Source of the DNA: an uncultured Nitrososphaerota archaeon
Lineage (GTDB): Archaea > Korarchaeota > Korarchaeia > Korarchaeales > Korarchaeaceae
NCBI GenBank assembly: GCA_964480775.1
Contig: CAYZRF010000035.1
Span: 1 to 12,426 of the forward strand
Direction: 5' to 3'
DNA: 12,426 bases
In this document: positions 6,518-12,426 of the stretch, one piece after another
How positions within the stretch are numbered: position 1 is the first letter of the stretch
Layout: each line of letters begins with the position of its first letter
Notes under the pieces: generated by a model
Databases searched by the model: none
Seen by the model: the letters and a program-made list of their open reading frames with translations, nothing else
Told to the model about the DNA's origin: nothing
Program-made: the position numbers and the translations under genes

Positions 6518-7918
6518 CTAAGAAAGAGCTTGTAGATCTGATTCTTTTATAGGTTCTCTAGGCTTCCTGTACTCATCGAGTTTGCTTAATTTCTCCTCAG
6601 CGATCTTCATTACCTTCCTTAGGAGTTCTTCCTCATCTATTGTGAGAAGCTTGCCATGCCTCACAACAATCCTTCCATCTACAATTACGGTGTCGACATC
6701 GCTTCCCTTTGCACAATAAACTAGTGTTCGGAATATATCTGATAGTGGCTGAATGTGAGGTTTCATAAGATTCATGAGAATGATATCTGCCTTTTTTCCA
6801 GGCTCTATTGATCCTATTTCCTTATCCATACCAAGAACCTTGGCTCCTAACTTAGTTGCCATCATCATCACGTCAGTGGCTGAGATTATCGAGGGATCAA
6901 GGGAAGAGACTTTGTGGAGGAGTGCGGCCGTTCTCATCTCCTCAAACATGTCCAGGTTATCGTTGCTGGCTGGTCCATCTGTTGCTAAGCCAACTGGGAT
7001 ATTAAGATTGAGCATTTTCTTGATAGGAGCGATTCCAGATGCTAATTTCATGTTGCTCTCTGGATTATGGGATACTCCTGCATTTTTCTCCTTTAGGATC
7101 CTGATCTCCTTATCGTCAAGCCAAATACAATGGACAGCAACGAATGGATAGACATCTAATAGGCCTAAGCTATTTATATACTCAAGGGGGCCCATGCCAG
7201 CCCTTTGCTTTATGTAATCGACTTCATATCTTGTCTCACCCACATGAATGTGAATGCCAACTCCTTGCTTTTCCGCGATCTCCACTATCTTTTTAAGCAA
7301 GCCCCTCGAGCAGCAGAAAGGCGTAGAAGGAGCTAGCATGAAAGATATCTTATCTTTCTCTCCATATTTTTTAATGAGATTCTCACTTCTCTTGAGAGCC
7401 CACTCAGTAGGCAATATTATGTCCCTTCTTATCCATTTATCAGCCAAAGTCAGGGCATATACTCCCCTTATTCCTGCATTTTTCAAGGCCCTTATCACAG
7501 CAGGACCCTGAATAACTCCTTCCATAGCTACTATGGTCGTAGTTCCGGATTTTAGGGCTTCAACACAGGAGAGCAAGGTGCTGTAATAAACCAGCCTATC
7601 ATCTCCTCCTATAGCGTCTTCTAAGGCCATCCTGCAAAAGGGGTACAGCACCTCTTCACACCAATTGACTAGAGGAGCCGTGTCAACCATCCCCCTCAGA
7701 AAGCTCTGGTAAAGATGGGAATGTGTGTTTATTAGGCCCGGAAGGACCGCCATCCTAGATGCATCTATCACTTTTTCTGGAGAGCATTCTTCCTCAACAT
7801 CCTTGCTCTTACCAATTAGCCTTATCCTATTCCCTTCAATATAGACTGCACCATTGGAGATAACGCCATACTTACTCATGGTTACAAGCAGACCGTTTCT
7901 TATTAGAATACTGTTCAT
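6518..7918 (-). CDS. Amidohydrolase-superfamily nucleoside/base deaminase of the MTA/SAH/5'-deoxyadenosine deaminase (MtaD/DadD, COG0402-type) group (467 aa with the corrected start).
   Basis: HxH motif LINTHSHLY, IHIHVGET, VAVHCIWL, SHNPESNMKLASGIAPI and ATDGPASNDNLDMFEEMR closely parallel the Thermotoga Tm0936-type MTA/SAH deaminase. I place the start at ATG 7918 (MNSILIRNGLLVTM..., the canonical N-terminus), which has GAGG 5 nt upstream. The track start at 7996 would put the TATA-like box inside the CDS. Confidence 0.85.
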   Translation of the reverse strand: MNSILIRNGLLVTMSKYGVISNGAVYIEGNRIRLIGKSKDVEEECSPEKVIDASRMAVLPGLINTHSHLYQSFLRGMVDTAPLVNWCEEVLYPFCRMALEDAIGGDDRLVYYSTLLSCVEALKSGTTTIVAMEGVIQGPAVIRALKNAGIRGVYALTLADKWIRRDIILPTEWALKRSENLIKKYGEKDKISFMLAPSTPFCCSRGLLKKIVEIAEKQGVGIHIHVGETRYEVDYIKQRAGMGPLEYINSLGLLDVYPFVAVHCIWLDDKEIRILKEKNAGVSHNPESNMKLASGIAPIKKMLNLNIPVGLATDGPASNDNLDMFEEMRTAALLHKVSSLDPSIISATDVMMMATKLGAKVLGMDKEIGSIEPGKKADIILMNLMKPHIQPLSDIFRTLVYCAKGSDVDTVIVDGRIVVRHGKLLTIDEEELLRKVMKIAEEKLSKLDEYRKPREPIKESDLQALS

Positions 7919-7943
7919 CTTCCCCTCAAAATCGTGAAAAGAC

Positions 7944-7953
7944 AAATATTTAT
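7944..7953 (-). promoter_or_regulatory. TATA-like box (ATAAATATTT on the - strand) for the deaminase gene.
   Basis: It is centred about 30 nt upstream of ATG 7918 and lies inside the 26-codon N-terminal extension of the track ORF. Confidence 0.4.
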
Positions 7954-8146
7954 CCCTTAGGAAAATTGCTGATGTAACGTTTCTTATACGAATCATTATT
8001 ATGAATTGGCGAGAATTATGTTGGAAGGTAGATTAGCTGAAAAGATCGGAGATGACGTTGTCAGAATCTAGAGGAGCTGGATAAGAATAGTTGAAGAGAA
8101 TAGAGGTAAGAATACGATATGATAAACAGATTTTCTGAATCCTTTT

Positions 8147-9193
8147 TTACCATGGGTTTGAAAGCAATTTTTCTAAAATGTTGTCGTGAACTCTGCCAGC
8201 TCTGTACATCTTTCCAGTCCTAGTATCATACAAGCATACCTCGGCCATAATGAAGCCGTAACCCTCTTTTGCAAGTCTTATCAGGTCATATTCCGGATCT
8301 ATGTACTTCTTCTCAACAACTGCTAGTTGATAGAATGATTTGCCGAAGGAATTTGGGTTATTTTCAATAACTGTTTCCTCCGCAATCTTCTGAAGATCCT
8401 CTCCTTCTCTTGAACGAATCCAAGCATGCAATACACCACCATGCCTTATCATATCATCGGCCCAGGGGCAAGGTTCTCTAAATACTCTAGACGATATGGG
8501 AGCTATCGGCGTTATTGTCATCATAGCTTCTATTCTATCATAGGAGATGCCGTAATACTCAGTCAATCTCCAAAATCCATCTTCCATCGTCCGAGCAGAG
8601 ACCTGTACAGAGCCTACTATCGAGTTTGTGGGTGTGACTATGAGATAGAGATTCTCTGGACTCACTCCACAGGCACTTGCTAATTTTTCTGTAACAGCTT
8701 CATCTGGAAGATCTTTGCCACGAGGTTGGACTAATAGCACGGCAACGTTCCCCTCATCTTTATAGTCCAGCTTGACATATACTTTCTCTGGCTTCTGCCT
8801 TAAGGCCTTTCCAGGTCCCGATACCCATGCCGTATACTCATTCACTTCCACATGAGGCGGATGTATTACCTCGGGCCAAACGTAGTAAGATATTCCTATT
8901 ATGGCAGGAAGATCGGTGTAGGCAACGATTGCTGGCAGGTATATGCTACCATACTTAGCCATGATTACTTTTGCTTCACCGAATCCGCATAGTGCAGCCC
9001 TTGTCACATATTCTGCTGCCTTAAATCCTCCCTTCACATTAACTCCGGTATCTAAAACTGTTACGTGATTCCTAAGCTCGAGAACATCTATATCTAGTGA
9101 ATCCTTCTTTTGTATCATCTCTTTGACCACTTGAAGGGATTGCTCATTAACGCTTACCCCCTTTAGACGCTTAATTGAGACCTTATGAGACAT
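8147..9193 (-). CDS. mch: Methenyltetrahydromethanopterin cyclohydrolase (Mch)-like protein (348 aa).
   Basis: VNEQSLQVVKEMI...LDIDVLEL.N..TVLDTGVNVKGG, SGPGKAL, a block VAVLL......LPDEAVTEKLASACGVSPENLYLIVTPTNSIVGSVQVSARTMED (with the conserved Arg-x-x-Glu of the Mch active site), and the C-terminal DTRTGKMYRAGRV all parallel characterised Mch sequences as I remember them. SD-like GGGAG lies 5 nt upstream of ATG 9193. Confidence 0.8.
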   Translation of the reverse strand: MSHKVSIKRLKGVSVNEQSLQVVKEMIQKKDSLDIDVLELRNHVTVLDTGVNVKGGFKAAEYVTRAALCGFGEAKVIMAKYGSIYLPAIVAYTDLPAIIGISYYVWPEVIHPPHVEVNEYTAWVSGPGKALRQKPEKVYVKLDYKDEGNVAVLLVQPRGKDLPDEAVTEKLASACGVSPENLYLIVTPTNSIVGSVQVSARTMEDGFWRLTEYYGISYDRIEAMMTITPIAPISSRVFREPCPWADDMIRHGGVLHAWIRSREGEDLQKIAEETVIENNPNSFGKSFYQLAVVEKKYIDPEYDLIRLAKEGYGFIMAEVCLYDTRTGKMYRAGRVHDNILEKLLSNPW

Positions 9194-9273
9194 ACCTACT
9201 CCCTAACAGCTACAAGAGGAATAACTTTAAACTTTTTGAGAGATACTGCACGTAACCTAAATTTGAGTCGCAC

Positions 9274-10257
9274 TTACTCGCTAACTACTTCTCTGAATAC
9301 CCTAAGAAAGTTTAACCCAAGTATCTTCTTTATCTCGCCCTCAGAATACCCTCTTTCAATCAGACCTTTCGTTAGATTTGGGAGATCTGTAATAGTTATA
9401 AGTTCTTTGAGCCAGGTATATTATTCTGCCATCTATTTTAATCAGCACCCTTCTAGTTACTGGAAATTCTGCCCATCCCTCGGCAAAGTCTAGCCTTATT
9501 CCGACATGGTTTTCTCCCACTAAGTTTACTACATAATCAATACAATCATGGACTCTTTCAATGGTGCAATTTCTATCTGGATCACTACATAGCATTCTCG
9601 GAAATGCTGTTACACCAATTACACCTCCTTTCTCAGCTAAAGCCATTATTCCCTCATCTGTCTTATTCTAATACACATCCAAGATGTTGCGGCGATTGCA
9701 ATGAGATGCTATCTTCGGATCTCTTGAAAGTTCTATGGCCTCTGAAACGCTTTTTCTTCCGACATGAGCCAAATATATCAATATATTGAGTCTATTTAAT
9801 TCCTTAACAAGTTCAACTCCCCATTCGCTCAGCCCAGAATCTGTCCTTTCTTTACATCCATCAGCAGCTATATTCCTGAAATGATAACTTAACTGAATTA
9901 TTCTTACACCTAGATTCTCATATATTCGTAAGAATCTTAAATCTCCTTCTAATGGAGCTATATTCTGAAAGCTAGCAATTATGCAAACTTTTCCTTCTTT
10001 CTTGGCCTCCAATATCCTCTTGCTGATGTTACAAACGTTGCTACATCCTTGTTCTTATCTATGGGATCCTGAAGATCTAATAGTCTCATTACAGTCTCGC
10101 GGAAACTATGGTTCATAGCAACAGTATAATTTATAGCAGTTACACCTGCGCTCGATAATTTTTCAAAGTATTTTCTGCATAGTAAGGAAGAATTTAGCAT
10201 ATCAACTATTATAGCCTCATTACGTAGTTCTAAAACTCCTTCTGCTTCAGAAGGCAT
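9274..10257 (-). pseudogene. Disrupted membrane-dipeptidase-like (peptidase M19 / renal dipeptidase family) gene.
   Basis: Homology runs through three track ORFs plus an unlisted tail. These are MPSEAEGVLELRNEAIIVDMLNSS...DVATFVTSAR, then ILEAKKEGKVCIIASFQN...LGVRIIQLSYH.RN...GLSEWG..LVKELNRLNI...HVG...SHCN, then DEGIMALAEKGGVIGV...DYVVNLVGENHVGIRLDF, then (frame change, read by hand) ITDLPNLTKGLIERGYSEGEIKKILGLNFLRVFREVVSE* with stop at 9274-9276. The lesions are a frameshift near 10012-10025, an in-frame TAG at 9668-9670, and a frameshift near 9400-9425. Confidence 0.75.
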
Positions 10258-10279
10258 AAACAGGTGACATCTTTAACAT

Positions 10280-10289
10280 TTAAATTTAA
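10280..10289. promoter_or_regulatory. Perfectly palindromic TATA-like element TTAAATTTAA, placed for a leaderless transcript of the dipeptidase pseudogene.
   Basis: The palindrome was read directly. Its centre is about 27 nt upstream of ATG 10257 on the - strand, but only about 15 nt from GTG 10300 on the + strand. Confidence 0.4.
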
Positions 10290-10299
10290 GTAGGCGCTT

Positions 10300-10533
10300 G
10301 TGGCAGCGATTTTAGCAAGCGCTGTTAGTGGAGAACGCAGAGCAGAGATAAAGGAACCAGGAGGAATAAAGAAACCCTCTAAAGTGCAGCAGAATTGTTG
10401 CAGCATAACTTTTGAGAGAGCGCTTAAGAATAAGCTGCCTTACAACCATAAAAACGAGGTAATGAAGATAGAGCCATTTGAGTTCTGGGAAGGTAATTTA
10501 TATGGCGTAGTTACAGGGACTGCTGTCAATTAA
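10300..10533 (+). CDS. Hypothetical 77-aa ORF with doubtful coding status.
   Basis: It appears in the ORF track only. It has a GTG start, no SD, the TATA is too close, and I recognise no family. The start codon sits inside a 7-bp stem (GCGCTTG 10294-10300 / CAAGCGC 10316-10322). Confidence 0.2.
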   Translation: MAAILASAVSGERRAEIKEPGGIKKPSKVQQNCCSITFERALKNKLPYNHKNEVMKIEPFEFWEGNLYGVVTGTAVN

Positions 10534-10683
10534 GAGAGTATGAAGACAATCTATTTTCTAGTAAGGAATATCATAGGTGTATAAGATAATAACTATCGGT
10601 TCTGTAACAAGAGCTTCTTCCTTTCATATGCCAGAATTTTCCTTAGTCTTAAATTAAATTAATTAAGCATTCTCATCTGTTTA

Positions 10684-10692
10684 GAGGTGATC
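10684..10692 (+). promoter_or_regulatory. Strong Shine-Dalgarno site GAGGTGATC for the fused E1 gene.
   Basis: It is a 9-nt perfect complement to the conserved 16S rRNA 3' tail (GAUCACCUC) and ends 3 nt before TTG 10696. An A/T-rich TATA-like tract (ttaaattaaattaattaa, about 10649-10666) lies upstream. Confidence 0.6.
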
Positions 10693-10695
10693 TCT

Positions 10696-12426
10696 TTGGG
10701 TCAATTTCACGGAGCATCGCCTGATAAGGTAACAAAAATATATAGGATTATGTTACTGATAAGGTGTGTCGAGGAGAAATTAAAAGAGTTGAACATCGAG
10801 GGGCTAATTCCGGGCTTTCTCCATTTAAGCATCGGACAAGAAGCCGTAGCTGCAGGAGTAATGGCTGCTTTGAAAGATGGTGATTACATACTTAGTACGC
10901 ACAGGGGACACGGACATTGTTTGGCCAAAGGCATGAGTGAATACAAGTTATTTGCCGAGATACTAGGGAAAGTCGAGGGTTGCTGCATGGGAAAGGGTGG
11001 TTCAATGCATTTATGCGATGTAAAACACGGAATAATGGGGACAAATGGGGTTGTGGGAGCGAATATTCCTTTAGCAGCCGGCATAGCCTTCGCCCTAAAA
11101 TACAAGGGAGAAGAGGGAGTTGTTGCATGTTTCTTTGGAGATGGAGCAAGCAATACAGGAGCTTTTCATGAAGGACTTAACCTAGCTGCAGCATGGAAAC
11201 TTCCTGTCATATACGTATGCGAAAACAACCTTTACGCCATCTCGACACGAATAACAAGAGTAACCTTAATCCAGGACATAGCGGAGAGAGCTTCTTCTTA
11301 TGGAATGCCTGGAGTTGTTGTGGACGGAATGGATCCTCTAGCTGTTTATGAGGCAACCTTAAAGGCAGTAAAACGAGCCAGAAATGAAGAGGGCCCGACT
11401 CTCATAGAATGCAAGACCTATAGATTCTGCGGTTCCTACGCAGCTGAACCTCCTGCTGTTGAGAGACTGTACAGGAGCGAGGAAGAAGTAAAAGAGCACA
11501 TGAAGAGAGATCCCATCAAAAAAGTGGAGAAGTTGCTCATTGAATCAGGATACTTAACTGAAGTGGAGATTGCATCCATTAAGGAGGATATTAAGGCGAG
11601 AGTAAAAGATGCTGTAGAGAAGGCGAAGGCTGCACCCAAACCCTCTCTCGAAATCGCTTTTAGCCATCTATATCCTGAGAGGGAGGAGATTCCAGTTGAT
11701 CTAGAGGAGTCTTCTGGCGAACTTGTAGAACTGCCCATGAATGAGACTATTAGAATTACTCTTAGGGAGGAAATGCGGAAAGATAAGAGAATAGTGCTCA
11801 TGGGTGAAGACATTGGGGTTCTTGGCGGAGATTTCAGGGTAACTAAGGGATTGCTCGAAGAATTTGGAGAGAGGAGAGTTCTGGATACTCCGATTTCAGA
11901 GACTGGTTTCGTAGGTTTAGCTATAGGAGCCGCTATGGCTGGGCTAAAACCGGTTGTGGAGATAATGTTCGTCGATTTTGTAGGTGCTTGCATGGATCAA
12001 ATAATGAATCAGGCTGCAAAACTCAGCTATATGTATGCCAGGCAGATAAGAATACCTCTTGTTATCAGGGCAGCATGTGGAGGAGGGATTAGGGCTGCTG
12101 CTCAGCATTCACAAGTCTTAAGTTCGATATTCAGCCACATACCTGGGCTAAAAGTTGTGATGCCAAGTAATCCATGCGATGCAAGAGGATTATTGAAGAG
12201 TGCGCTCAAAGAGAACTGTCCAGTTATTTTCCTTGAACACAAACTTCTCTATGGAGTCTTGGGTCCTGTTCCGATGGGCGAGTACTATACCCCTATTGGT
12301 AAGGCAAAGGTTGTTAGAAAGGGTTCAGATGCCACAGTAGTGGCATCTGGACTCATGGTTAATAGAGCCGTAGAAGGTGCTAAGAATTTAGATGAGAGAG
12401 GGGTTAGGATCGAAGTAAGAGATCTG
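10696..12426 (+). CDS. ThDP-dependent 2-oxoacid/acetoin dehydrogenase E1 component with alpha and beta subunits fused in one polypeptide. It is 5'-complete and 3'-truncated by the window edge (>=577 codons).
   Basis: I translated the region codon by codon and found no stop from 10696 to 12426. The alpha part shows KIYRIMLLIRCVEEK, FLHLSIGQEAVAAG, STHRGHGHCLAKG, GKGGSMH and the ThDP motif GDGASNTGAFHEGLNLAAAWKLPVIYVCENNLYA (11137-11229). An acidic linker, EREEIPVDLEESSGELVELP, follows. The beta part starts at M 11737 with NETIRITLREEMRKDKRIVLMGEDIGVLGGDFRVTKGLLEEFGERRVLDTPISETGFVGLAIGAAMAGLKPVVEIMFVDF, then QHSQ and PGLKVVMPSNPCDARGLL. The ORF is not in the track because it has no stop in the window. 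Confidence 0.9.
   Translation, partial: MGQFHGASPDKVTKIYRIMLLIRCVEEKLKELNIEGLIPGFLHLSIGQEAVAAGVMAALKDGDYILSTHRGHGHCLAKGMSEYKLFAEILGKVEGCCMGKGGSMHLCDVKHGIMGTNGVVGANIPLAAGIAFALKYKGEEGVVACFFGDGASNTGAFHEGLNLAAAWKLPVIYVCENNLYAISTRITRVTLIQDIAERASSYGMPGVVVDGMDPLAVYEATLKAVKRARNEEGPTLIECKTYRFCGSYAAEPPAVERLYRSEEEVKEHMKRDPIKKVEKLLIESGYLTEVEIASIKEDIKARVKDAVEKAKAAPKPSLEIAFSHLYPEREEIPVDLEESSGELVELPMNETIRITLREEMRKDKRIVLMGEDIGVLGGDFRVTKGLLEEFGERRVLDTPISETGFVGLAIGAAMAGLKPVVEIMFVDFVGACMDQIMNQAAKLSYMYARQIRIPLVIRAACGGGIRAAAQHSQVLSSIFSHIPGLKVVMPSNPCDARGLLKSALKENCPVIFLEHKLLYGVLGPVPMGEYYTPIGKAKVVRKGSDATVVASGLMVNRAVEGAKNLDERGVRIEVRDL

Noticed and set aside
5693-7511. + strand ORFs at 5693-5905, 5737-5949, 6774-7151 and 7254-7511.
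   Set aside because: They lie antisense to the aldolase and deaminase genes, overlap each other in two frames, and have no recognisable motifs or start signals.
7919-7996. 26-codon N-terminal extension of the deaminase ORF (the track start at 7996 gives 492 aa).
   Set aside because: The extension (MIRIRNVTSAIFLRDKYLSFHDFEGK) has no counterpart in the family. It contains the TATA-like box (7944-7953) and the GAGG SD that serve ATG 7918, and the family N-terminus normally begins M..ILI.NG.
8426-9493. + strand ORFs at 8426-8683 and 9185-9493, and the + ORF at 9604-9789.
   Set aside because: They lie antisense to mch and to the dipeptidase pseudogene. Composition is S/Y/R/T-rich, with no signals.
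9356-10257. Annotating the three - strand ORFs (92, 114 and 96 aa) as three separate small genes.
   Set aside because: Their translations are consecutive segments of one M19-dipeptidase-family protein, and the family C-terminus (GLNFLRVF...) continues in yet another frame to 9274. The track 'starts' (for example TTG 10012) fall in the middle of conserved blocks.
10884-11993. - strand ORFs at 10884-11153, 10892-11149 and 11436-11993 (185 aa), plus the + ORF at 10980-11171.
   Set aside because: All overlap the long E1 alpha-beta reading frame, which carries unambiguous ThDP-enzyme motifs. The 185-aa product is S/T/P-rich low complexity, typical of the antisense of a Glu/Lys/Gly-rich gene.
1-12426. 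Whole-window scan for CRISPR repeats, tRNA/rRNA, IS elements or integrases, toxin-antitoxin pairs, or defence-type nucleases and ATPases.
   Set aside because: By eye I found no regularly spaced direct repeats, no cloverleaf-like GC-rich segments in the intergenic regions, and no terminal inverted repeats flanking a transposase-like ORF. The only ATPase is the ECF ABC module. The only gene-decay signal is the dipeptidase pseudogene.

Overview
The window reads as an archaeal chromosomal segment that is mostly metabolic. Supporting signals are AGA/AGG/ATA-rich codon usage, A/T-rich TATA-like boxes about 25-30 nt upstream of start codons, GGTGA(T) Shine-Dalgarno motifs, oligo-T tracts after genes, and frequent GTG/TTG starts. 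Lineage cannot be fixed from the sequence alone.

Contents from left to right:
(i) The last 33 codons of a gene entering from the left edge.
(ii) A 412-nt ORF-free spacer.
(iii) A membrane-anchored SUOX/YedY-fold (molybdopterin-oxidoreductase-like) protein.
(iv) A tightly packed + strand operon. It encodes a dedicated ECF-type importer (fused double ATPase, EcfT, and a multi-TM S-component-like protein of unknown specificity), directly followed by an ADP-ribosylglycohydrolase-family enzyme.
(v) A - strand series: an M19-type dipeptidase pseudogene carrying three disabling lesions, an Mch-like methenyl-H4MPT cyclohydrolase, an MTA/SAH/5'-deoxyadenosine-deaminase-family amidohydrolase, and a DhnA/FbaB-type class I aldolase.
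(vi) A >=577-codon + strand ORF that the supplied ORF track omits because it runs off the right edge. It is a single-polypeptide fusion of the E1 alpha and E1 beta subunits of a ThDP-dependent 2-oxoacid/acetoin dehydrogenase.

I recognised no rRNA, tRNA, CRISPR array, transposase/integrase or defence-type gene.

The items most worth checking are the ECF importer co-transcribed with an ARH-family hydrolase (with the adjacent deaminase/aldolase pair), the unlisted fused E1 with a divergent catalytic-loop motif, the context-orphan Mch homologue, and the decayed dipeptidase gene with an in-frame TAG.

All functional calls come from motif and family recognition by eye. No searches were run.
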